Source: Ascidiella aspersa
Lineage: Eukaryota
Direction of reading: 5' to 3'
NCBI GenBank assembly: GCA_963924565.1
Contig: OZ004608.1
Span: 5,828,001 to 5,892,000 of the forward strand
DNA length: 64,000 nt
A program made the position numbers and the translations under genes. Shown piece after piece: positions 14,601 through 28,380 of this stretch. Under the pieces are notes generated by a model. The model was not told the origin of the DNA and did not search any database. It was given only the letters and a program-made list of their open reading frames with translations. The number at the start of each line of letters is the position of its first letter. Position 1 is the stretch's first letter.

Positions 14601-17187
14601 ACATTATTACAAAAAAATTGGAGCGAACAAGCTTTGAAATCTTGTGAGAATTCTGACCGATCACATGCTGTTGATTATTGCAAAATTCAAATATACCGCC
14701 AGTTTTTCGAAATTTAGTTTCTCAAAGATTTTTGTCAAAGCGAAAAAAGTTTTTTGGGTTCGTGTATATTGCGTACAACTTGTGTGTGACAAGGATGGTA
14801 TTTTCTTAGGCCTAATCCAAACTCTTAACCTTTGCCCCCATTAGCCCAAACCTTTGTAACACACAACATAACTAGAAAAAAATAAATTTAACTTTTTCGT
14901 GACCGCTGTTTGCACTTAAGGGCGCCACATTCGTCAACCTCAGCAGTTCCAACATATCGATCTTTACCGACGGCCAATTTTACCTTGAAGTTAGGTTGCT
15001 TCTCCTAATGCCGTCGTATGTTTGCAGTTCGCGGCAAATCGAATCAGGATTTCTCGCGTTTGCTTTCCTACTTTCGTTCACACGGTTCTTCCCCTAATTA
15101 TGAGTTTGTCAGAGCTGTAGCCTACTCGCATGGAGAGAGTCTCGCTTTTAGCTGCTATTTTTAACTGAAGACTGAGGATGTACGATAATAACAAATGGAA
15201 ATCGGTCCTCGATTATAACATCAGCAAACTTTTCCGTTCCTTTAACTGTGATAACAATTTTGGTCAACTGCCAAGTTTCTATATTTACTTCCAGTCACTT
15301 TTTACATTAAAGTTAACTTTCTATGTTGTAACGCTTAAGTAAATTTTGACTTATTTTTGATATTTTTCAACAGTTAACGACGTAACTTTTGATCGTTCGA
15401 AAGGCCACACTTTGCGCTAAAAATATCGCTTATCAAGATCACAATATAATACAGAACAATGGGTATCGGCTTAAGTCTTTAAAAAGGTATGGCCCAAATA
15501 TAAGCATATTTATAAATGCAAACCTAAAAAACATGTGGCACTGTTGACAAATTATATGTATAATATGAAAACATGCTTCGGCCTAATGCCGTATTTACAT
15601 TTGGCTGGTATTTGGCTTTTAATAAATTAAAATTGTTGCTTATGTTGGAACGTTTTTCTGATTATCATTTTCTTTCTTTATTTTTTTCCTTGCCTTTCTT
15701 TTCAAAATGTTCTAAATACGGGTTTGTTTTGTTTATTGTTTAATTTTAGGAATCCCAATTCTTTTCCAGGATTTAGAATAAGAAAGACGAATTAAAAATA
15801 AAAAGGGTTTATAAAGGAAAAATCCTGAAAATGTGGTTATAAATAAAGGTTTAATGACTTGTTCAATCTGTCACGTTAAAATAAATGCATTTCGTTTTAA
15901 TGCTGCTGAAAGGATTTTTGTTAGAATTGATTTTAAACGCAAAAAGCAGATGGGCCAGTGGACCCATTCAAGCGTAGAGATAGGAGGGTATTTTTAGATT
16001 GTCTGCCGTAAAAAACTCAAGGTATATGGACATTAATAAAGTTCTCTTGGAATTTGCTGTTTTTTGCAACAGTAGTATAGTTTTAGATAACTGCACGTCT
16101 AAAGCTTCTTGGGGACCTGTGTCACGGTAAATGTAGAAAAAAAACTAAAACTAAATAACGAACTTTCAAAGTTTTTGGGTCTCTTCGCAAAACTGATCTT
16201 CAAACCCTTGGCAAAAGCTGAAACACGTAGATACCGTTTTCTAAGTTTTAACTGGTAAAAACGCATTTGTTAAACAAGATGTAATATAAAATGTAGCTTT
16301 AGCCATATTTTGTAAACACACGTTTGCTTTTATTTTATTTAGGCAAATATACCCGCTTTAACCGAAATTGACGTCAGCCCACGAAAAAAATTATAAACAC
16401 ACACAGTTTTTTAAGAAACAATTTGGATTTAATAAGCATGTAAATTATTCCACTCGTTTTTGCAACTACGCATTTTTGAATTAATCAGACATTCCCATTT
16501 TTTCACAATAAATTATAAAATACAGATGCCAGAATTATCGCAACATCGCTTAATGGCAAACAAACTTACATATTTTTACATCTGACAAAAGATGAAATTA
16601 GATAAAGCTTGCAGCAAGGCGTCACGCCAATGACAAGAAAGTGCAAACTATAAATTATTGTAATACGAAAATTGCACTTGCGGACTAACACGGTGAAAAA
16701 TAACACGTTGGCTTAAAACTCTGAAAATTCTCACGTTTTAAAATTATGTACAGTGCGGACTTACAGAACAAAAATATATTTTGATATTTTACGAACTTTG
16801 AAAATAGAACTAGGCTTTAACTAATGATCACGATATACCACTGGGCATAAGTGGTAGACAACTTTTCTTTGAAGTTTTATTGAATACCGGTATATATTAT
16901 TTCTTTAAAGAAGATTAGTAAAAAAATGAACATTTTTTGCCACATCCAACATAATGTTATTTGCACCACATCAAATAGCAAAAAGATGGAAACAAAAATA
17001 GGAAAAATGCTCTAACATTTAACTTCAACCACAAGTTTAATTCATTATAGAAAAAGAAAAACAGATTAAAAAAGTAGCTTCAGTAAAGACAGTTGAACCC
17101 GCTTTTGGGGCAAATAGAGTACAGGCGCTTCTGAGAAAGTATACAGCGTGGGATCGTACTTGTGCTTAATTTACTATTAGTGTAGTT

Positions 17188-17719
17188 CAGGGGGTCACCA
17201 ACGACGGCCAGTTGACCAGATCCGGCCAACCGGGTCAATTTATCCGGCAAGCGAGCTGTTTTCTCATTAAAGTTAATCGCATTTGAAACGTCGATTGTAA
17301 TTCAAAAATAAATGTTCATTAATCTGTGCGGCACTTCATTAGGCTCACTACATTTTTTTGCAGAGTTATTTATATTATAATTAAGTTGATAAAGTTCGAC
17401 AATTAAAATTAGGCCGACCCGCGATTTTAAACCATAACGTTCTGGCCTGGGAACTTCAGTCTTTAAAAGTTATTTGGCCTTTTATGAGAAAAGTTTAGTG
17501 ATGTACACTGTCGCACTACGCACCCTACACGCCATTCACAACTAAAACACTAATTAACTCGCCCTCTTTTTGGTATAAAAAAGAAAAATAAGGAACAACA
17601 TTGGCAAAAAATCAACAAATTTAAACTAAGACGTGACACCTCGTATTTAAAAAAAGAGCTCGCGGGCCGGATGATTTTCACTGGCGGGCCGCATCCCGCC
17701 CGTAGGTTGGCGACTCCTG
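17188..17719. mobile_element. Two degenerate hAT-type MITE pieces
   Basis: CAGGGGGTCACCAAC..AAAAGTTTAGTGA (17188 to about 17502) and a GCGGGCCG..GGCGGGCCG..TTGGCGACTCCTG end at about 17719. Confidence 0.55.
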
Positions 17720-18538
17720 CCCTAAAGTATAATACATTGCTATATAAAAAACAACTTCAAATTCGACATAAATACCAAATCTGAGTCAAAAAAATAATTA
17801 ATTTAGGTCCATAGGAGCTCACATTTTTCCTTCACAAAAAAATTTCACATAAGTGATGCGAGAATTTGAATTTTCAAACGATATCAATTTGTTGGCAGAC
17901 CTTAATTTAAATTTGCTATACACACTTATTTATAAGCGAGTATTGAATCCGACGGCCGTAAACTTGTATATATAACATGCATTTAAAAAAATATGACTTG
18001 CGTTGAACCAAAATTAACTAAAAGACAAAGTTTTGCAGGAAATGGAAACGGGTCAATCGCAATTGCTCCTTTAAACATAACTCATTGCTATCTAAAAATA
18101 AACACAGAATCCGACATAAATACTAAACCCGGGCCAAAAAATAATCAATCCAACAATCAAAAGTCAAAAATAGACTAAGCAATGCAAGAACTGGAATTGT
18201 TTTTTAAAAACGATAGCAATTACTCCTTAAAACCTAAAACCTTGCTATCGGAATTACCACACAGAATCCGACATAAAAACCAAACCCGAGCGACAAAATA
18301 ATGACGAATCATTCCAACTCCGACAGAAAAAGCTTCAAGCTACAAATAATTTCAACTTAGACAATTCCTTTTGTCTGGAAAGACTCCCACTCCAAAACGA
18401 AAGTTTACTTCAAAGTAATACAAGATTCGCACGAACCGCAAATTGTTTTGCATTTTCGCATGATTGAACGTACGGTTAAAATTTTTTTTTTGTATGGTTA
18501 AAATATTTTTTTCGTACGGTTAAAAAATCCGCAGGAGC

Positions 18539-21500
18539 TCACATGAGCTTCACAGTGGAGCTTGTGGGCAGGAGAGGAGCAGAACTAGGTGAAGATTTAG
18601 AAGAAGAAGATGTTGGGAAGAGATCGTGGACGGACTTGGCTCCCTGCATGGTCCTGGGCATTGCGTGGGGTTGGTGCGGGTTTTCGGCGCTCAGGGCAGG
18701 GTAATACTGTCGGTAGCACAGGTAGGCGATGGAAAGGCCGAGTAGGGAGCCGACAACCACGTCTAAAGAAAAAAACATTTAAAACTTGTTTTTGTTCATC
18801 AAAAAAAAAAAATAAATAAATAAATAAATTCAATATTTTTTTAAGTTTCCCACATGATTTTTTTCACATTTTAGGCCAGGAATACAAGGAGGCTGTGGAA
18901 AAGCTTTAAAGTTAACGTATGAAAGGATCAGGCTGATTTTACATACGACCTTAATTTCAAGTATAGTTAGCAAGTAGGCTATGAAAAGGCCCGAAGCGAA
19001 CCTACAGCCTCGTCTGAAAAACAATTCTGTTAAAAATGTGCTGGTTTTTTAATGCTGGCGTATTCATCGAACATTTCGGGGCAGTCGCACAAGCGATTCA
19101 ATATCTTCAAACTAACCCAATCGTGATTGTTATGTCTAAAAAGTTGATAAGAACAAAATAGGCTACTAGTTATAGAATTATTGTTTAATAAGTCGCCAGC
19201 TACATTTTAAGCACATATAGGTGTAGGTAAGGCATAAAGGCAAAATAACCAGCATGTATAACAAAAAACAGTTACAAAGGAACACAGGTGTCATATGTGG
19301 TAACAGTGGCAAAGCCTCATTCTGTACCAGCAGTTTGAGCCTATACACTTAGTTGATTTTTGCTGCGTTACCTTGCCAGTGGTGCATGTAGTCACAGGTG
19401 CGACTAACGCCGACCATGGTTGCCAGTAGCAACGGCGAGAGGCTGACCACCATCCGCCAGGTGGCGCCACGTCCCGCCGGTCCAAAGCACTGAAGCTTGC
19501 CGGCCATGTAGAAGGCACAGAACCCCAGGCTGACAAAGGCGACTATCGGAAAAAAAAAAAGATTGTGATGTCAGAATTTTGAAAATACAATTCTCCCAAA
19601 AATCTAATGCAACTGCAAAATAAAGGAGTAGACAAAAATTCAATTCTTCTCCTTTGCATGTTTTTATATTTTTTTGGCATTATTCATTACAAGTTAGTTT
19701 TACATGATTTTCTATTTTTTGACCATCTTGATTAGAAATGATTTCTTCCATTCAAAAAATACATTGAGTAAATTTACTGGAAGTAATTTTTTGACTAGCC
19801 TATAGTGTCATTCGAAACACTTTTTTGGTGCGGTAGGTGATAAATGAAGAGCGCTTCTTACATGATGAATGGCCACTTGGAAAGCTCTTTCTTCCTTCTA
19901 TAACTGCATCCGGTGATCCAAGGCATTTCAAGTTATAAGTGGATGGTTGTCCGTCAGGTGGGTTACCATCTGGATAACATCTATGTGTCAACATATTGGC
20001 ACAGGTTTAATGAAAGGTTTAGTTAAGCTTTGCTTAGCAAGGCATTCCATAAAGTTTACAAATATTTAACAGCTGTTCTATACTAGGCACAATACAATAG
20101 GTTGAAATCCATACTTTTGAAAATAATATTCAATTTTAAACTTTTTCTACATTGGCAGTGGTTGTCAACGGTTAATCGAAGGTATGTGTCACCACGCCCA
20201 CTATAACAAAACCAAAACCTGTTTCAAAATACACTGAATGCCTCTGGAAAGGTTCTTTCAAAATATTAACATCTCATATTTCATTTAATTAATAAGGAGA
20301 ACAATTTAACCATGACAGAAAAATTATAATATTATTTGATAATTACATTAAACAAGAAAATTGCCTTTAAACTTTTCACCAAGACTTGCCCCTCTATTAA
20401 AAAACTGTCAGAACTGGAGAGATGGCAAAAGTTGTAAAGTTGTACTACAATATTACAAGTAACTTTTGTACCTGAAGTAGAAATCTGGCCTTGGTCTTCC
20501 GACTGACAGCTTTATTGCATTCGTGATAATACCATTGAGGCACAGGGCCAGCGACGATGCCAATATTCCTGGCAGGAAATCATTCTTTTTACCTCCGAGA
20601 ACATCGAATAAAACAATTGTCACAATCGGAGAACACACAGCAACCACCTGAAGTATATGTTAGAGAATTAATTATACATCATTGTAAACAAATATTTGGT
20701 TATTTTCGCTATAACCAATTATATTTAGGTAATATGTTTTATAAAATTTTGGTACAGCTTTGGTCATTTTTTTATGAAACAAAAGTGATTTTAACAAAAT
20801 TTTTTTAGAAAAACAATGTTTTTAAATCAATTAATTATATGTAAACTTTAAATAAATAGTAGCAAAACCAAAAAGCAAATTAATCATTCCAAGATTTTAA
20901 GGCATTAAAGAATAAGTTGACCATCTTTATACTCAAGCATTTCATGCAACAAAATGAATTTCCTAGCCAGATATTTATATAAGTGGAATGTTTCAAGTTA
21001 TGCCAGCATTGTATAAATATACTAAAATTAAAAAAACATTTTTACTACATTTGTAATTATATAATTTCTAGATTTCATACAAACAACTTAGCGGTCGAAA
21101 CAGTAGTAACAGCAGCATGGGGATTTTTGTAAAGCCACCATTCTTCTGGTTGTATCACTCTAATAAAGGGTTGCTGCCATTCTGTATAACTGCAAAAGAA
21201 AATAAACCAGATTTGTTTACTCAAATATACCAGAAAGTGGGTGCACTGCTAGATAAATAGGGGTAACAGATGCACCAAAGCTTATGGTAGACCCCACTGG
21301 TCTAATATAAATAGAAAACTGGAGCACATAGTTGATTTTTTCAGAGAAAAAAAAAATTAAGTTAACTTCTTTTCCACAATGAAAATTTATAATTCTATTT
21401 TTGCTAAAATAAATTGAAATAATACCTTGTTTCTAACCAATAAATGTAAGTAAAAGGAATTGAAACCTTATCCAGCCATATAAGTCACATAAGTGTCTCA

Positions 21501-21960
21501 TATATAACATAGTTAGAAAAAAAAGGACTTTATGAGTTAATTTAAAAATTTGCAATTATTCAGTCTGCATCTGTGATGGCCAGTGTGCATTTTGTTACAA
21601 GTGCACCCAGAGAGTTTTTAAAGCAATTTTTGTGCACTGCACACCACACCTTAATTAGTAAATTGCCACATAAATTTCAAAAAGAAAGGTGGCAGAATTC
21701 CCAAAACTCTTTTACAAGTCACAGGTGTGCAAAAAAACTTGATTGAACACCTCAACATTTGGTGTTGTACACACGAGATTTTGACAAAAAGTACAATAAG
21801 ACGCAGACTTAGCTGGCATGGGCATTGGACAATCATCACAAGACTTACAAAACACGAATTGTAACGATAGTACTTACAAAAATGCTGCCAGGAGACCAAC
21901 TCTAACGAGAATTTCCAATGAAATGAAAGTAATAGTTTGCCTTCCGAACGACCAAGACAT
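18539..21960 (-). CDS. PLPP5: Phospholipid phosphatase PLPP5/PLPP4 (PPAPDC1 family, PAP2 superfamily), 6 coding exons, 293 aa
   Basis: Exons 21960-21878, 21189-21081, 20647-20472, 19980-19862, 19542-19372 and 18762-18539 are all GT-AG with matching phases (882 nt). The protein reads [45 protein letters not shown].., with PAP2 motifs C1 [10 protein letters not shown]2 PSGH and C3 [12 protein letters not shown], then YRQYYP. It is probably co-orthologous to vertebrate PLPP4 and PLPP5. Confidence 0.93.
18979..19013 (-). pseudogene. Decayed duplicate of the 5' part of PLPP exon 6 inside intron 5
   Basis: TTTTCAG|ACGAGGCTGTAGGTTCGCTTC-GGGCCTTTTCATAGCCTACTTG aligns to exon 6 ([15 protein letters not shown]) with a 1-nt deletion. 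In frame it reads [11 protein letters not shown]. Confidence 0.7.
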
Positions 21961-23129
21961 TGTAAAAGCGAATATTAAAGCTGTTTGTGATCCTTCGTAT
22001 TTGATCCTGATTCTAATTTCTTACAGTGAACAAATCTGTTTTTAAACTATCGTTATGCGCAATTGGTCAAGCTTCTCAAATGAAAAATAGATAAAATGTA
22101 GAATGTTTGGAGGACAAGAAGGTAAACAATTGTATTGCCTAAATCCAATGATATTCTATTGATTCATAAAACGGACTATTACAATTTAATTGCATATTAT
22201 AAGGTAGTTAGTTATAAAAAAAACCCACAAAGTTTAAAATCATGATCCTTTCATACCTGACGTACTTAACTTTATCCACGTATTTAAATTTACTGCAATA
22301 ACATATTAATTAATTATTATTATTATATGAGAAATTCGCAATCGTATAGTTATACAAAGAAATATCACTTTGTGTAAGTGTACCAGGATTTAACTAATTT
22401 GAAATTGCATTCAGTACTGATAAAATAACCAAAGTCGAATTATGAAATAAGATGCCTTAAGGGTTATTCCCCATTGACATAGTTCGGTACAAAGTCCATA
22501 GAAATTATACGTGATTTCTATAGAGACTTTGACTGGGATATGTAGTTCTGGTTAATGAGATTTAAACCTCTTTACTCAGGTTAATGAGGAATCAATGAGT
22601 TTAAACGCTTTTTTTACTGTAATATAACTTGGTCCTGATTTTGTAATATTTTATATCGAATGCTATGCCTCCTTCGACAACCAACAAAACAGGGGCTACC
22701 CCTACTTTGCATAGCTGCGTAAATACTCTTTTTATTTTCATGACGTCTTGTACGCTATGTACGCCGTTAAAATAAACTGTTATAAAATGGCATTTCCAAT
22801 GGCGCTATGTCAAACTAGTGATGACTATAAACTTTCTTGAAGGTTTGCAATAAACTGTATAATTCGACGAACAACCAGGCATTTTGTAATGCTTTCCTAA
22901 CAAAATCAAACACCTATCGTATTTTGGAACAGAACTTGATTATAGTTGGAACAGCTATAGTTTGATTATAATTGTAATGTTCAGCTATAGTTGTAACAAA
23001 CATACGTGGAAAGGAGAACACAATTAATAGCATGATGTAACATTACAACCCAGCTAACACACAACGTTTTTTCGACGTTCGGATTTTGTTTTTAAACTAA
23101 GTAAACGTTGTGGGAATGTGTCCAAACGA

Positions 23130-25235
23130 ACGTTAAGAAAATACGTCGAGGCTGTGTTATCAAAACGTAATGTAAAACGTAGCACTAACGTCAAAATTAA
23201 CGTTAAGAAAAACCGCAATGCGACCAAATTTCAACGTCATTTGTAACGTACAAACAACGTTGATTACAGACGTCGATCTTAACATGTTTTACATTATTTT
23301 GGACGACACTTCGAACGTTTGTTGAACGTTATTTTTTAACGTTGAGACGAACTACAATGAAACAAATTTACAACGTCGCAGGTGAAATGCAAATAACGTT
23401 TATTACTGACGTAAAATCTAACATTTTTTAGACCGGTTTAGACGTGTTTTACACGTTTAATTTACGCTGTATATTTAACGTTCCGTAAAACTATAACGCA
23501 ACCAGCTTAGAACGTCATACGTGACGTAGAATTCACGTTCATTTCTGACGTCACAATTAACTTGTTATAGACAAATTTTAACGTAACTTCAAACGTTTGA
23601 TTAACGTTCTTTCGTAACGTTGAAACAAACCAAATGCAACTTATTTCAAAACGTCATAAATCACGTACAAAAAACGTTGTTTACTGACGTCAAAACTAAC
23701 GTCTTTTCAGCCACTTTTGACGTCGTTTAAACGTTTTTTCAATGGTATTCTTTAAAAAAATTGTGGCGCACCACAATGTAACCTGATTATAACGTAAAAG
23801 GTGACGTACGAACAAGGTTAATTACTTACTTTGAGGCTCATAACTTGTTTTAGGCTATTTTGTACGTCAGAGCGAACGTTTTGCTAACATTATTTTTAAA
23901 CTTTGTGACCACCATTGATGTAACTAATTTACAACGTGATACGTAATGTACAATCAACATTAAATTCTGACATCAAAGCTAATTTCTTGGAGACCAGGAC
24001 GCCATTTTAAGCGTTATAATAACGTAAATTTACCGTTTTGACTAACTACAATGTTATATAATTAAAACGTAAAACGTGACGTAACAACAACGTTACCTTT
24101 TGTAACAAGGATAATTTTTTTATGACTATTTTATACACCATTTCTAACGTTTTAATAACGTCATTTCTCAACCTTATTGCAAACCTTAATGTAACCAATT
24201 TAGAACGTCATAGGTGACGTACATGCAACGTTAATTACTCACGTCAAAGTAAACTTGATTTCATTTCATACGTTGTCGTGAGAAACCACAATGGATCAAA
24301 TTTATTAAATCATACGTGACGTACAATCAACGGTGATTTCTGACGTCAAAGCTAACTTATTTAAGACCGTTTTGGATGTAATTTTAAACGTTTTAATAAC
24401 GTTATTTCTTGACGTTGCGACAAACTAAGATCCAACTAACTGACAACGTCACGCGTGAAGTATAAATGACGTTGAATTCTATAAGGTCAAAGCTAACTTC
24501 TTTGACAGCATTTTGGACGTGATTTTAAGCGTTTTAACAACGTTATTTTTTGGTTTGTAACTAACAACAATGCAATCTAATTAGAACTTCACGTGACGTA
24601 AAAACTACGGTAAATACTGACATCGAAGCTTACTTGTGTTTAGAATTCGTCATTTTTAACGTTAATATAACGTTATTTTTCAACGTTATTACAATCTTCA
24701 ATATAACCAATTCAAAACATTATACGTGGCGTATATGCAAAAAGCAATGATAACTGTCGCTGAAGATAACTTATTTGAAACCATTTTAAATGTTATTTTC
24801 AAAAGTTCCAATAACTTTATTTCTTGACATTACGAAAAACTAAAACGCGACCAAATTTGCAACATCTTAAATGATCGTAGTCATTTCGAAGGTTACGGCA
24901 AACCACAATGCAACCGGATTAAAACGTTAAACGTGACGTATACAACAAGGTATATACCTGACATCGAGGTCAACTTGTTTTAGACTATTTTATACATAAA
25001 TTAAAACATTTCATTAATATTGTTTAGCGTTGATACAAACGTCAAAGGAACACAATTAAAACGTTAAACGTGAGGTAGAAACAACATCAATTAGCCTACT
25101 TACGTTGAAGGTAACTGATTTTAGACGAATTTTCGTGTCATACACAGTTTTTTCGACTGAGCTGAAGTACAATCGAATCAAAATGTCATATGTGTCGTAT
25201 AAAAAACGTTGTTTACCGACGTCAAAACTAACTTT
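23130..25235. repeat. Diverged tandem array, about 139-bp unit, about 15 copies, very ACGT-rich (left subterminal array)
   Basis: The anchor (C)TGACGTCAAA.CTAAC recurs at about 23269, 23408, 23547, 23686, 23969, 24240, 24342, 24619, 24960 and 25218. Confidence 0.85.
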
Positions 25236-25908
25236 CCAAGTTTTAATTTTCGTTAAATAGAAATGCTCTCTTTTAAGGAATGCGTCGGGATTATGTAGCC
25301 TATGTACAAAATATTTGATTTTTCTGTAATGTGTTTTGATTAACTTTTTTAGAAAATGTAAAGAAGTATACTTAGTTATGCTTACATAAAATAGAGATGT
25401 GACTTAATTTAAGATAGCATTTTAGTAAGGGTAGCATTGTCTTTACATGAAACAAATCGCATAAAAAAGTACTTAGCGCAGCGACCGCTATAGACGCAGT
25501 TTCCTGGACAGACAAGAATGTCGCTCCCTGCTGCTTTTTTTTCGCGGTTTTCGAACGGCGCGTAAACTCGTGATTGGCCAATATGCGGATGACATCACAG
25601 TCCAGTTTGAACATTTGCTATCAGGACATTGGAATTCAAAATAAGTTTGGCAGCTCAGCGCTAGAGTGCTTGTTAGATATTTAGGTTGTTTTCCTTAAAC
25701 CATGAAGATTAGGGTTACATAAAAAGATTAGGCTTTGTTATCAAATATATTTTCAGGTTAAATAGTCTAAGCTGTATTTGTAGTTTTATTTATAACTTTT
25801 ATTTTAAGTAGAAAAAAAAATAATTTACTGAATAAATGACTTTAAAGCCTCCACTAATTTTCATCTAACATAGAAAAACAAGCTCTATTACCTCTGTGGG
25901 TAATTGCA

Positions 25909-26105
25909 GGCGCTGGTCTAGAATTCTACCACAGTGCACAATATTTGGGTTAGGGTGCGGGTTAGCATTTTGGATTAGGGTGGGTCAAGTATTTAATAAT
26001 AGATACAATAATACTTGACCCACCCTCACCCAAACGCTAACTCGCACCCTAACCCAAATATTGTGCGTTGATTTAATCATTGTGGTAGGATTCTAGACCA
26101 GCGCC
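25909..26105. mobile_element. Fold-back MITE (GG-terminal TIR, 8-bp TSD; Merlin-like) nested in the CMC element
   Basis: GGCGCTGGTCTAGAAT..ATTCTAGACCAGCGCC is almost fully palindromic. Flanks are TAATTGCA / CAATTGCA, with internal GGGTTAGGG / CCCTAACCC. Confidence 0.85.
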
Positions 26106-28004
26106 CAATTGCATTCTACGGCGAGTGAACACCCAAATTTTTTAGACAATTTTAATGCAAATCTTGATCTTTGTATCATGCCAGCGTAAATACCTTGGGT
26201 GTGCATAAAACGCCAAATGAACACTTGAAAATTTATTACTGAAGATCTCGACTAAAGGCTTGATTAAAAGTTCAAGGTGGGATTTGAAGAAGGGTACACG
26301 TTAAAGATATTCCTCATGAACTTGGCTGCTCATCAATATTTACAGGTAAATTAGTGATTAATATTTTCAAGATTTTTGTTAATTATTATATTTATTTGAC
26401 TCTTACTGTTTTGTTTTATGCTTGCAATTGCCCTAGATGCTAACAACAAAGACTTTAAAATGTATCCTGGCTGCGTTTAAATTTCTTTATTTGGGCAGCA
26501 ATTTTTTTCAAAACCTACCAGTGATAGTTATATAATGTCACCACAATTTTAATTTTATATATTTCTGACCAGTCTGCATTCTGTGGACCAGAAGCTACAC
26601 AGCACAAAACGCTATCACACAATAAGTAAAGGCAAAATAAACATAATATGACAGAATTATTGGGAAAAAATTATACCATAGACTAGTACTAAGAATGGTC
26701 TATATTTTTTTAATATAAAAACAAAGTTTAAAACTTGTAAAAAACACTAATATTCATTATTAAATGTTATTAATTGGCAAAAAAATGAGATAAAAATTCT
26801 TGATACTAAATTTTACCAAACAAATTCAGGTTGCACAAGAAAATACATTAACAGTGATATAAAATTTCTGTGCTTGGTTAAATTAGTAAATGGCACATCT
26901 AAATTTTGAAACTATGGTTGAATTGTGTTAGGATTCCAAACGTCTGGATCATAATATTACCAATAGTGAGAACAATTAATCACAAAACACTTTGCTGACA
27001 TGATAAAAAAATCAAAAGCATTAAATAACTATCAGGTTATTTTAAATTTTTTGTTTAAGGCAACCAGTTGGGCATTTATTGTACCATGTAGAAGCACGTG
27101 CATCATTGCAATTAGTTTATTTGGCTTTGTTCATTTCGACTTGGTTTCATAAGGTAAATGAAGTTAAAAGTTATGGTTGTAGTCATTAATCACATTTCCC
27201 AGTTAATGCAGCTTAAACAGATGAAAGTTGGATGGGGTTTTCCTTAGCTTGACAAACACATGAGCCATTTTTATAAGGTATATATTCCCCTGTTCGACCC
27301 TGTAGCCCTAGCAGTCGCTTCCTTATTCCCTAATTTTTATATTATTTGCCAACAGCTCTCTCGATGTATCACACACGCATTCAGATTCGGATTAAACTGA
27401 TGGATTTTCGTTTTACACCGCTGGATTTGTATTGTTCTTATTTTTTCAATATGTTGTTGTTGTTAACGTTACTTTCCTGTTTTAATGTGCATTGTTTTAC
27501 ACATAGTCTGTGAAATGCAAAACTTTTTAAATTTTGTCTTTTAGACTGTGTTAGTGTAATAGAGCAATTTAAGTAACACTATAAAATTCGTGTGTTTTGC
27601 AGGTCCACAGACCAATTTTCTCAGTTTTCTTGTCTTTTTTACAGTTCTTTATTGTCAACATTTTTATACTGCCGTGTTTGTTTTACTTAATACTATATTA
27701 TTTCTATATTTTCCTGGATGGTAATTGTTTAGAAGATTTAGTAAGAATTTGCAAGTGTAAATAATTACAGTCAGATATGTCACAACAAGTATAAGTGTTT
27801 TTAAAGTTCAAAAAAATCATTATTATGTTTCTTTTTTGCGCATTATACCGTAGTTGCGAACGTAATTTGTAACTTCATTGCAAACGTAATTTGTAGGGCA
27901 TGGAGTCCAAACTATTACGCAAACATAACAATGTGAACGCTTTCAATAACCTAGTTTTACAACGTAGTTTCCAACGTCGCATGAACTTTGTCCGGATCAC
28001 ACAT

Positions 28005-28380
28005 TTTTACGTAAAAATAACGTCTGTGATAAACTTATAAATAACGTCGCTGAACATCGTAATTTGCAACGTCCAATCTACGTCGTCTGGAATAGACACT
28101 TCTACGTAAAAACAACGTTCATGATAAACGTATAAATAACGTAGTTGCACAACGTCGCATCTAGGTCGTAAAGTGTCGACGCTTTTACGTGAAAATAACG
28201 TTCATGATAAACGTATAAATAACGTCGCTGAACATCGTAATTTGCAACGTCTAATCTACGTCGTCTGGAGTAGACACTTCTACGTAAAAATAACGTTTAT
28301 GATAAACGTATAAATAACGTAGTTGTACAACGTCGCATCTAGGTCGTAAAGTGTCGACGCTTTTACGTAGAAATAACGTT
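28005..28380. repeat. Near-perfect 178-bp tandem duplication (right subterminal array)
   Basis: AACGTCGCTGAACATCGTAATTTGCAACGTC occurs at 28043 and 28221. Confidence 0.9.

Noticed and set aside
23130-25235. Regularly spaced repeats resembling a CRISPR array
   Set aside because: Eukaryotic context, whole 139-bp units are homologous (no unique spacers), and there are no cas genes.
25352-25372. Similarity to miR-1 (AATGTAAAGAAGTAT)
   Set aside because: The 5' seed differs (GAAAATGT vs TGGAATGT), there is no precursor hairpin, and it lies inside a transposon.
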